DNA from: Octopus bimaculoides | Taxonomy: Eukaryota | DNA: 64,000 nt | Assembly: GCF_001194135.2 (NCBI RefSeq) | Contig: NC_068981.1 | Span: forward strand, 5,936,923-6,000,922 | Reading direction: 5' to 3' | Part shown: positions 26,801-39,965 of the stretch, one piece after another | Numbering within the stretch: position 1 is the first letter of the stretch | Layout of the letters: each line of letters starts with the position of its first letter | The notes under the pieces: generated by a model | What the model was told of the DNA's origin: nothing | The model's database searches: none | Seen by the model: the letters and a program-made list of their open reading frames with translations, nothing else | Translations under genes and position numbers: made by a program

Positions 26801-29800
26801 CAGAATTCCGCCAATATCTTACTGGTATTTATTTAACCACAGGGAGTGGGAAAAAACAGACGAAGCAAACCTCTGTATAATTTAAATGTAAAAATACAAG
26901 AGAGTGCCTCTCCAAGGTCGAATGACCTTCTAGAAACTGCAGCCAAGAATATCCTGCTTTTCTGGGAATCAAAGCATTAAAGTTTCAACAACTAGGACCC
27001 AACTTGGCAGAAGCCCACAAGGTTATCTACAATATTTCCAACAACTTTGTTCCCCTTTTTTTAATTCAGGCCATTAAATGATGATGATGATGATGATGAT
27101 GACATAGACATACTTATAAAATTTATAAAGAAAAAAACGAAAATAAACAGTGCAGCACCCATGACTTTCGGAAATGTTTTCTTAATCTGTCAGGACATTG
27201 CATTGTTAAAAAATTCCATGCTTCTTGGAATCTGCCAATACTCCTAACATGCCAATTCACCCTTTCTTCCTTTCTATTTACTCCCTACTTTTCATTGCTC
27301 TCTTTCCTTACTCGACTTTTATGTCTGCTTTTTGTCCCCGCTTTTAACCCTTTCCAATTAGTTGTAGTGCACCAAGTCACTGTACAGAGTCAGCTCGTTA
27401 TTATTGCTGGTTATAATCATCTCCCCCACCCCACCCTCTATGTAATTAAGGACATTAACTAACATACAGGTTAATTTAAACAAGTCGTACAAGAAATTTA
27501 CTCACTGAACTTTTGTGTAACGTTGGCATCGGTCAGGATTAAAAGACCAGCTCGCTGCAAAGATAAATAAGTGAGGAAGAACTTGGAATTAAGAAAATTA
27601 TTTCCTTCTCAAACGGGATTGTAGAAATGTCAGATTTCTCTAAAACGTAATTAGTTTTATAAAAATGGTTGGAAGCAAAGAGAAGACGAGAGAGAATATA
27701 TTCATAGCAAAAGTTGTGTTTAGAAGCTGCAAAGCCGGAGGCAATGAAGAATATAAGAATACACAAAGAATTCAGTAGATAAGATGGAGTGGGTAGAGGA
27801 AGTCTGGGAGGTGTCATGCATCAGTGATTAATTAACTATGTTAAGGACCTAATTAACCGTATCATGTGAATGACCAGGCTAACAGATGTTATACACTGCT
27901 AGTCACAATGCACTTTGCGTTGTCTTTTAGCTTTCAAATGATGCCACCTCACTGGCAGGGTGAGTAGGCTAGCATTCCCCCTGGATGGGAAGCCAGTCCG
28001 TTGCAAAGTTAATCATTTACAGCTGAGTGAACTGGAACAATGTCAAATGAAGTGTTTTGCACAAGAACACAATGCACAGCTCTGGTGATTGTGAGCAATG
28101 AAGATCCATTTAATTTTTTTTTTTTAATAGTTTAACACGTTTACACCACAATGTAAACAATTGATGAACAATCTATTGTTCATCGGTTCACTTGTTATGT
28201 GTTATCAGTTATTTACTGGTAAACAACAGAAAACCAAGATGTGAACAAATGAGCAACAGTTAAACAAGGGATGAACAACATGACAGGTAAACGTAACATA
28301 ATCGAAAAGATAAACAAGGAAAACTGTAAACCTACCAAGAAAGTGGAATCGGCATCCATACCATAACCATTGGCTGAGAAGAACACGTATTTATATTCTG
28401 CTTCACTGACACGCCACAAATGCCTGTAAGTGCTGTTGGCAGGTTCATCATAGGTGTACAACTCGTCTATCAACTACAAAAAATTAAGAAAACAAGATTT
28501 ACTCAGAAAGGGTCAAAATATGTAAAAATGTTTTACGTAGGTGCAGGCATGGCTGTGTGGTAAGATGTTTGCTTCCCAACCACATGGTTCCAGGTTCAAT
28601 CCCACTGCGTGACACCTTGGGCAAGTGTCTTCTATTGCCTCGGGTCATCCTTCTCTAACATCCGTTTTTCCATGGTTTGAAAAGAACTGCACCAGATTTC
28701 ATTGTCTGCTTTGACATGGTTTTTCTTTGGCTGGATACCCTTCCTAATACCAACCACTTTGCTGAGTGCACCTGGTGCTTTTTTTAAATGGCACCCACAT
28801 GGGTGTTTCTTATGCAGCACCTGAGCCCTTTTTTTATGTGACATCACCACAGGTGCTTCTTATGTGACACCAGTATAAGGGAATTTTTTATGTGGCACCG
28901 GCACAGGAAATTATATAAATTATATATAAAGCCACCTCACCACTCAAAGCATTCACATCACACCATCTTTTTAATGTTGATTTCTTGGAGAAGGTCATAA
29001 TAGGAGAGACTAAATATAAATAGCTGGCAACCTTACCTTGTTTTGTGTGATACCAGCACCCATACCTCGGATGTACAGGTCATAGGGTACAGCTGCAAAG
29101 GCCACGTAGGAACCTGGGTCTGCATAGGCATTGATCTCAATGGTATCTCGAGTGAAATCTTTACCACGGTTGAATGTTGCTCGTACCTGAGAGAATAAAG
29201 GTGTGCAGTTAGTTAATGAGTTTGAGTCTCACTTGACAGGATTCCTCTAATCAAATATTAATGAATCCCAGCAGTGGAACAAATCCACACAATTTAAAAT
29301 AAAGAGTTTAATTAACGAAATCAACCCTGCTACTCAACTCCTCACCATTATTTGATGTCCATTTTCCATGCTGGTATGGGTTGGACAGTTTGACAGGAGC
29401 TGGCAAACCAGGCTCCAATTGTCTGTTCTGGCATGGTTTCTATGGCTCAGAGTGTACTGGGGGCTTTACATTACACCAGCATCATTATTAGCATGCCAGG
29501 CGAAATGCTTAGCAGTATTTCGTCTGCTGCTACGTTCTGAGTTCAAATCCTGCCGAGGTCGAATTTGCCTTTCGTCCTTTCGAAGTCAATAAATTAAGTA
29601 CCAGTCAAGTATTGGGGTCGATGCAATTGACTATTCACCCACCTACCCCCCCACCACAAATCCCAGGCCTTGTGCTTATAGTAGAAAGGATTATTATTAT
29701 TATTGTTATTAATTATCCTTTTGGGGTTGATAAATTAAGTACCTGTGAAACACTGGGGTCAATGTAATTGACTGTCCCCTCCCCACAAATTCCAGGCTTT

Positions 29801-32800
29801 GTGCCTATAATAGAAAGGACTATTATTATTAAGGTGGCGAGCTGGTTGAATTATTAGCCGGGCAAAATGCTTAGCAATATTTCACCTGTCACTACGTTCT
29901 AAGTTCAAATTCCACCAAGGACAACTTTGCTTTTCAGTCCCTTGGGGGTCAATAAATTAAGTATCAGTGAAACACTGGGGTTGATGTAATCGACTGGGAC
30001 CCTTCACCAAAATTTCAGGCCTTGTGCCTTTAGTAGAAAGGGTTATTATTATAATTATTATTATTTATAAGGCAGTGAGCTGATAGAATCTTTCGCTGGA
30101 CAAAATTCTTAGCAGTATTTTGCCTGTTGCTATGTTCTGAGTTTAAATTCTGCAGGGGTCCATTTTTGCCCTTCGTCCCTTCAAGGTTGATAAAATAAGT
30201 ACCAGCTGAGCAATGGGGTCAATGTAATCGACTCAGCGCCTTCCCCAAAATTTCAGGCCTTGCGCCTTTAGTAGAAAGGATATTTTTATTATTATTATTA
30301 GTAGTATCTTGCAAAGAGTTGAATTTAAGTTAACTCCAAGTTCTTACTTCATTATTGGCAGCTCCATTGATGAAAAAATTCAAGACGTCGACAACAACCT
30401 CCTGATTAGCAGAACGAATGAAATACACAACAATACGAGCTGTAGGTACCATTCTTCTTGATAGAGCAACAGAGAAGGTCTTTCGACGACTGGTTCCCAT
30501 TACAAGTTCATCTCCCAGGAGAATGTTTCCTTTGGCAACAATCTGAAGTGACACAACAGTAATAAACAGTAAGAAAAATAAACTCACAAAACACACCCCA
30601 CACAGTACTACAACACATACAAGGGTGGGCTGAAAGGTTCAGAGGCTGACTAAGGAGTTATCATACAGTACTTAAACCTGGCATGCGTTAAATTCAACCT
30701 TTACTGATGCTAACTGCATGTTTTTGTTCCAGATAAACCCACATTGAAAAAGTGGTACTAGAGACATTTCGTGAAAAGGGATAAAATTTGGCACGGTGGT
30801 GTGATCAAATATCTGCAGAAGAAGGGGTTAGCTCCCAAGGACATTCATGCTGTCATGGTTTCTACATAAGGGGATGATGCTCCTGCTTTATCAACTGTGT
30901 AAAAGTGGGCAGCTGAATTCAAGAGGGATAGGGAGAGTCTTGAAGATGACCCAAGGTCTGGACGTCCCGCCACAGCCACCACCCTAGAAAACCTTGATAT
31001 ATTCACCATATGGTGATGAATGACAGACATTTAAATGTTAATCGGATAACTAATGGAGTCCTGCTTCACCAGGACAATGCTTCTGCACACAAGTTCATGG
31101 TTGCAATGGCTACTGTGGCTTTGAACTGGTTGACCACTCTCCATATTTTCCTGATTTGGCACCATCTGACCATTTTCTGTTCCCCAACATGAAAAAACAC
31201 TTGGCTGGGAAGCAGTATCGGACCAATGACGAAGTCATATCAGCTGTTGAGGACATTTTTGAGGGCCAGGATGAGAGCTTCTATACCACAGGAATCCAAG
31301 CATTGCAACACCAATGGAAGAAGTGTATGGACGGCAGGGGAGACTATGTCGAAGCATAAAACACATCTGGTCAAATTTAACCATTGCATCGTGATCAACC
31401 TATGAACGTTTCAGCCCACCTTCGTACTCTGGACAACCATCACCACTAAACGATAGCACATACTTTATACATCACCATCATCATTTAACATCAGTTTACC
31501 ATGCTGGCTTAAGTTGGACAGTTTGACAAGAGTTGGCAAGCCAGGAGCCACACCAGGCACCACTGTCCATTTTGCTATGGTTTCCATGGCTGGATGCCTT
31601 TCCTAATGCCAACTACGTTACAGAGATTAGTGGGTGCTTTTTATGTGGCACCAGCGTCAGTGTTTTTATACATGGTGCCAACGTGGTACCGCCACCAAAT
31701 ACTTTTTATGTGGCACCATCACTAGTGCCTGACACTAGAAGCAGAGATTTTCATGTGGAACCAGCACTGACAGGGTCACCAAGTAACCTGCAAGACACAT
31801 ACCCTTACACAGTCAATACCACCCACATACCCACAACAACACATGCAATTCTCTTAAATCACTGTCTTAACAAGAACAAAGTTATTAGGCACCAACTCAC
31901 CTGGTAAAAGACCTTTTCGACATAGGCAGATGTTGTCACATGGAACACCATAAATTCATTGACCTTAAAGAGAAGCAAAACAAAATTTTTATATTTAACT
32001 GGCAGAGAAATAAAAAGAACCAGCACCTCTTGGTAAATTTAATGTATGACATCGTCTCTCAACAGATGTGGAAACAAAAACTATTGAAGGCAAATTTAAT
32101 GTGTATCTGTGGTTGTATGAGACACACACACACATCCGCTTTACACAAGCGAAGCAGTTTTAAATAAAAAAAAAAAACCATCTGTGTCATCATCATCATC
32201 GTTTAACGTCCACTTTCCATGCTAGCATGGATTGGACGATTTGATTGAGGACTGCCAAGCCAGGAGGTTGCACCAGGTTCCAATCTGATCTGGCAGAGTT
32301 TCTACAGCTGGATGCCCTTCCTAACGCCAACCACTGGCAGATAAGGTGCTGCAGTTTTCCTTTGAGACAAAATCTTCCTACCACAAAACCTTTTACTGAG
32401 TGTAACTGGCAGCCTTTTATTATTGCACTCCATCCATACAGATAGGTTAGGTTGTTGGTCTCACATACACATGTTACGCTAAAAAGCAGTGCACAGTACC
32501 AGAACTTTCAACTAGAGTCAAGCATAACAAACTACTCCAAATTGTTGTCCGAGTATTCCTATTATTATAAATCATGCAAAAAGCTGTGAGCTGGCAGAAT
32601 TGTTAGCATGCCGGGTGTAATGCTTAACGGTATTTCGTCCATCTTCACGCTCTGAGTTCAAATTCTGCCGAGGTCAACTTTGCCATTCATCTTTTCGGGT
32701 GTTTATGAAATAAGTACCAGTTATGCTCTGGGATCGATATAACTGACTAGCCCCCTTCCCCGCAAAATTTTCAAGGCCTTGTGCCTAGAACAGAAATAAT

Positions 32801-35800
32801 TATATATCATGCAAGCCTGAAACATACGTATCAAATGATTTCAAAATATCTCTGGTTCAATGTCATTATTACAACTGTGTGTGTGTGTGTGTTTATGTTC
32901 AGTTTTAATAAAAACAATTTTACATTAATCTGATGGGTTGCTCTGTACTTTGACAAAGTACAAATTTATTATTCTTAAACAAAAATGTCGTTGACAGTGA
33001 CTTTGCAGTTTCGGTCAGTGAAGCCATTATCCGACGATGGTTTAATTGGCTGAAAGCATGAAGCCACTGTCAACAACATTCTTAAGAGTGGAAGGAGTAG
33101 ACCCAGGAAGACATGAGACAGGGTGGTGAGAAAGGATCTTCAGGTGTTGGAACTCGCAGAGGGGATGACAAGGAACCATAACACCTAGTGGTTTGCTGTA
33201 CTTGAAAAGAAACATCAAGCTAGTTAAAATCTTGGTTGTCCTTGCATCCAAGCATGTCCTCTTCATCTCAATGATCCTAATCTTGCAGGCTAGTGGGTAC
33301 TGGTGCCACGTTTAAGCACCCAGTACACACTGTGAAGGGCATCCAGCCATAGAAACCAAACCAAAACAGAGATGGGGGCCTGGGCAGGTCTTCAACTGGC
33401 CAGCTCCTGTCAAACTGTCCAACCCATGCCAGCAAGGAAAACAGGTTTATGATGATGATGGGCATAAAGCTGATTAGTTAGAGTGTGGAGTTCACAATTA
33501 TAAGGTCAGAGATCTGGATCCTGGACTGGACAGTGCATGGAAAGTAGGACAAGTGTCTTCTATAGCCTTCGTCCAACCAATGCTTTGTGTGTGGATTTGG
33601 TAGACGGAAACTGAAAGAAGCCCATTGTGTGTGAGCCACACAACTGCATGACAATTGGTGTTAGTTTGTTTACCTCCCCAATACTTTAGCGGTTTGGGAA
33701 AAGAGACTGATAGAATAAGTACCGGACTTTAAAAAAATAAGTTTTGGGGTCATTTCATTTGATTGAAAAGTATTCTTCAAGGTGATGCCCCAGCATGGCC
33801 GCAGTCTAATGACTGAAACAAAAAAAGGAAAAGATAAGAACACTTACCATTGGGTTCTTGGTAGATGTTGTAACAGAAATATAAGTCTGGCTCTCAGAGA
33901 AATATCGACTTGCTATCAGTTTTGCGTCCTCCGAGTCTTCATAGGAGGCCTGGACAAGAGAAATTTGTAAAGAATATATATTAAAAATGTCTGTTTAGGA
34001 GAAATAATTCTGTTAAGTCTGTTGTTGAGTGCTCCCACTCCACCTCTAAGTCAGATTCGAAGATTTGGCTGTTGTTTATAACAGATCAAACCACCAAGAG
34101 GTTTTTTTCAATACTGATTCAAATATCATTTATAATTGCTACACACCAAAAGACAAAAATCAGCCAGTGACACATAAAAAGCACCATTCGAGCATGGTCA
34201 TTGCCAGTGCTGCCTGACTGGCACCTGTGTCAGTGGCACATAAAAAGCACCATTCGAGCATGGTCATTGCCAGTGCTGCCTGACTGGCACCTGTGCCAGT
34301 GGCACATAAAAATCACCATTCGAGCATGGCTGATGCCAGTACCACATGACTGACCCTCCGTGCTGGTGGCATGTAAAAAGTATCCACTACATTCTCAGAG
34401 TGGTTGGCGTTAGGAAGGGCATCCAGCTGTAGAAACCTTGCCAGATCAGACTGGAGCGGCCTCCTGTCTTGCCAGTCCTCAGTCAAACCGTCCAACCCAT
34501 GCCAGCAAGGAAAGTGGACATTAAACGACAATGATGATGAATATCACCATCAACATCATCACCACCACCCACCTTTCCCCCACGAGTCACCTCCTCCTCC
34601 TGCATTCTCACCAAACACCTTTCTGTGTCCCTACATAGCTCTTCCCTCAACCATACTCCATCTTATCACCTCCTCCCTACCTTCTGCTCTACCCTCCTTC
34701 CTGAGCCACAGCTCAACCCCTAACCACTTTATTCCAAACCCCTCCACCACCTATCCACCTCCATCCAACCATCTGTCACTCATCCCTCACATTCTTATAT
34801 TCCCCACCCTTCCTGCCTCACCCCCACCCCAGCCCCTTCCCAATCACAACTACTAATCCTTATAATGTGATGGGGATAGCCTTGGATCTCCCCTCTGTTC
34901 TTGTCCCTTTATCATAACTTCACAGCACCTGGCATAAAGCCATCTCCTGCTTCATAACACCCACCCCAACACACACACATGTAGCCATGGGGCTTTTCTT
35001 TACCTAATTTGTTTTTCTTTCTTGCATCTTACTGGGGAACCTCATTAGTGTTGGTGCCAGGAGAAAAAGAACCCAGCTCACACTGCAAGGTGGTTGGCAT
35101 TAGGAAGGGCACACTGCCCTGGAGAACATGCCAAAACTGGCGCAGGAGCTTAGTGCAGCCCTTTGGCTGGCCGTTCCTGTCAACCCACCCAACCTATGCC
35201 AGCAATGGAAAATGGCCATTAAATGATGATGACAATACATATATAAATAGTCGTGTACACATGCATACACAAACACACGTGTTATAATGTGAGACCCTTG
35301 TCCAATTGTATGTTATTGTGAGCACTAATATTGTCGCCACTCATGTTGTGATGATATTCCACATCTTATTATCTTTGACTCATCTATCACTGATAGCTCC
35401 GCAAGACGACTTTGAAACATCTACCTTGACGGTAATTCAAACTCATATCACGTAACTGACATTGACTCCAACTGACAACTGGTATGATGACTCTACTACT
35501 ACTACTACTGACCCCTACAATGACTGTCTGACTTTATAGTGGCTGGTTCATACCACTTTGCCATGTGGGAAGGGGAGTACCGTTTTCACTATGACAACAC
35601 GCGACAGGTTCCTTCCAGGTTCTGTCTTCTAAATCCACATTAGTCCATGGCTATAGTAGAAGACCTTAACACAAAGTGCCATGCAGTGGGACTGAACCGG
35701 AAACCATGTGGTTGAGAAAGAAACTTCTCAACTATGCCTGAGCCTAAAGATATGGGAAGATTAACTTTGCCATTATCACTCACCCTGTCTTATCCTCTGT

Positions 35801-38800
35801 ACCACTCCTCTTACACTCACCCCCTTGTACCGTGAAGGTACACGTCACCATCATCTCTCTCTCTAACTGGGGTAGCTACGTGTCTCCCCTACTACAAGAG
35901 GCCTATTTCTGACCCTCCAGCATACCCTAACCAGACACAAAACCACCCCACCTCAATCCCACTCCCCATCTCAGTCAAGGGATCTTTGTTTTGCAAGTTA
36001 CTTGGTGACCTCACTGATGCTGGTGCCACATAAAAAGCACCCAGTCCACACTCTGTAAAGTAGTTGGTATTGGGAGGACATCCAATTGCAGAAACCATAA
36101 CAAAAGAGACAATAGGGCTCAGAACAGCCTTTTGCCTTGCCAGGTCCCGTCAAACCATCCCCAACCCATGCTAGCATGGAAAAACGGATGTCAAATGGTG
36201 ACAACAGTAATAAGTTAGTATTTAGAACATTACAAAAGGTTCTAAAATAAATTACTATACAATGAAAAGTTTTTAATTATCAACATATTAAAACAATTAG
36301 ATTAAAATAATATATTTTTAAATCTCTCAGAGAGATTTATGCAGTAACAGCACGATAAAGTATGTTTTCAACTTAATGTGACAGTCCCATGAAAGGGAAG
36401 AATGCTACTGTTATTTAGCCCTAGGTTTTGCTGAGTAGAGGTGCTTGTCTCCACTTTGAAAACATAAGGACACAGGAAATGTGTCAAGTCCAACAGGAAA
36501 CGGTGTTTCCTAGGGCTAAATAACAGTAGCATTCTTCCCTTTCATGGGACTGTCACATTAAGTTGACAACATGCTATCACTTTAATTAGATTAAACATCA
36601 TAAATACAGGTGGTGGTGGAGAGGGTTGTCTCATCTGGTTTGGTATCAGAAGGGTTTACAGAAAAAAAAAAAATATCCAAGACTTTTGTCCATTTTCCTA
36701 ATTGTTAATACTGAACAACAGATAATATTATTGGTAGAATAGAAATATGAGAAAGACTTACCGTAAATGTGATAATTTCTACATCATTGCCGACATTTAT
36801 GTTAAAGGTAACAAAACCTTTTACAGGTTTCTTGCGTTCAGAACTATAGGGTGATGTTCTGCCATTTAAATTCTTCACAGAAATTTCTATATTTACTTCC
36901 TTCTTCTCATCGTTAACACGGCTACCATCTGGCTTCATTAGTGCCAACTGGAAATTAAATAATAATAATAAATAACTACGACGAACTGAAGTGGGAAATA
37001 CAGAGGTTGTGGCACCATGAAGAGAGTGGACGTGATACCAATACAATGGTGATTGGTGTGCTTGGACGTATCAGCATTCAACTACCAACATGGTTCAAAA
37101 AGATTGGTACAAATGTAAAGATAGAACACCTACAAAAATCATCATTGCTTGGAACTGCAAGAGTTCCTCACAGGGTTCTTGAAGCATGACCAGTAAACAA
37201 GTGTCACCTTAGTCTGCTGACTGTGGACAGCTGACGCCTTCTTCATCACACCCAGCAAAATAAGCTGAAATTTTTCATGATAAAATGATGATGATAATAG
37301 TAATTTGCTAATATAAGGACAAGACTGGAATTTGGGGAAAGGACATTAATTGATTACATCAACCCCAGTATTTGACAGGTACTTATAAGCAAGATTTGAA
37401 CTCAGAAAGTGAAGAACCAGAAGAAATGCCAATAATTCCTTCTAATCTTGGCACAAGAACAGAAATTCCAAGGAGGGTCAGAAAGCCAATTACATTGGTC
37501 CCTGTTCTTAACTGATATTTATTTTATTAACCCCAAAAGGACTTGGCCGAAATTGAACTTGGAACCTGAAGCTGGATGAAACACTGCAAAGCCTGATGTG
37601 CTGTCGATTCTGCTTAGCTCACTGCCTTAATGATAACGGTAATAATGGTTTCAAATCTTGGCACATGAATAAATGGAAATTAATATGTGTATTGTGATTA
37701 AGGCGGCAGGCAGGAAGAATCGTTACCATGCCGGGCAAAATGCTTAGCGGCATTTCGTCCGTCACTACGTTCTGAGTTAAAATTCCACTGAGGTCGACTT
37801 TACCTTTCATCCTTTCAGGGTGCAGCCTCCTGACTTGCCAGTCCCCAGTCGAACCATCCAGCCCATGCCAGCATGAAAAATGGATGTTAAACAATGATGA
37901 AACATCCGGTGGGAAAGTGGGAAGATTTGCATATACGACCAGCTGCAGTCTTCCTCATAAAGTGTAGCCCATGCTTGGGCAATTACAGCTGAATGTTCCT
38001 CTTTGACTAACAGTGCCTCTCCCCCCAATACATTCTAAAGCAACGAGAGAATAAAATGAAGTCGAGGAAATTGAGTGGATGTTGAGACCATACTTACAGT
38101 GACTGAGACAAGTGTATTTGGTTTAAAACTTCGTACTGCATCTCCGACCCACTGAAGTTTGACTCTGGAACTAAAACAATGAGATGTGGCTGATCCATTT
38201 TGAGACATAGCTAAGAACCAATCGTAGACAGTTACATTAAATATAAGTTCACTGTCCCTCAGGCTTGAGAACATCTTTTGCTTCATTTGGTTTAGGATTT
38301 CTGACATTCCAAATCGAAAGTCAATGCGTCCATTAAACTGAAATGGTAAGAATATATAAAGTAATGTTCACAAAGACAGGGAGGCAGGTTAAAAGAGAGA
38401 CAGACAGACTGACAAACAGGAAAACAGACAGACAAACGGGGGAAAACTGGATAGACAAACAGAGCTACATATTACATAGTAATATGAGTCGACCTGCACC
38501 GCAGACAAATATATTGATGAGACATCTAGCCTCGCTTTGACACAGTAGCCTTGTTCTGAGACACTAGCCTCGTTCTGAATTACACTGTAGAAATGGACTC
38601 AGTTCCTGCCAGGCTGTGGTCAAAGACACATGTCTTCTCTGCAGCTTCATGCACAATCTCTCACATGCAACTCACATGTCTAGTCACCACAACAAGATAT
38701 ATGGTTCGTAAACAAAGATATTTTATCACACACACACATTCTCAAAATGACTGTTCTCATTATTACACACATGCATACATGCTGTAATACAAATATTATA

Positions 38801-39919
38801 TGTTACTTCTTTCAGTGCAAAAGCAAAAATCAAAACTTCCTTTGTAAGTAAACACACATGTTTTTGCATCGTACTACATGCTTCCTCTGCAAAAGGTGAA
38901 AACAGAATAAACAATATATTTATACACAAAAATGTCTTATGGTGATTCATACAGTTTTTCCATTTAATAACATGCACTTGAACAGCCAATGACAGCTGCT
39001 ACAAACTGATAGTGAAGAGTCAGATAGAGAAGAAAATGGAAGGAGAAAGAGAACTAAATGGACAAATGAGAAAACAGAAGGTAAAAGGAAAGCAGTTTGA
39101 CTAATAACAAGGCAGACAAATGTCCAGGCAGATGGACAGATACACAAATGACTGACCAGTAGCAATGGAGAAGAATGCCATGCAAATCCAGAGCTCATTG
39201 CAACATTTATACATGACAGTGGAATCGAAACTGGCACCACCTCTGTCACAACTACAACAGTTCCAGTTGGTCCAACCAAAGAAACAGCATGCTTGTGAAA
39301 TTAACGTGCAAGTGGCTGAGCACTCCACAAACATGCTTACCCTTCATGTGGTTCTCAGGGAGATTCAGCAAAAAATAGAATGCGACATGGCTGACCTTTT
39401 GAATTACAGGTACTTCTGCCTTTTGCCAGGTGAGTGGACTGGAACAACCTGAAATAAAGTGTCTTGCTCAAGAACACAATGCACTACCGGGAATTGAACT
39501 CGTGGCCTTACGTTCATGATCTAAATACCCTAACCACTGAGCCATGCCCCTTCACCAATGACTGGAATATTATTGGGATTACAATAGAATGGCATGAAAA
39601 GAAAAAAAAATATTAACCATGCAAAGTTAAATGTCTTAGAAATAAAATAGTTATGAGCCTTAGAGATGAACATTTTCACTTAGAATTACAGGATTGAGAA
39701 AGAGAATACTTACATATTCCACGTCTTTCTGTAAAGATGGTAAATGGTCATTAGTTCTATTATAACGGTAGTTTTGGTTTGGTGGCACTATGGTCAGTTT
39801 AATGACAGCAGAACCAATTGTAGCCTTGCCACTTGTATGGCTGAAATTTAAGATGACCAACATTATAGATTACACTGACAAAAGTATGTATACAGTCATA
39901 CACAGTTGTAGAATAGTCC

Positions 39920-39965
<46 letters not shown>

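Noticed and set aside
27539-27817. 92-aa minus ORF beside the RAGLLILTDA exon
   Set aside because: Different frame from the exon, no TEP similarity; AT-rich intron.
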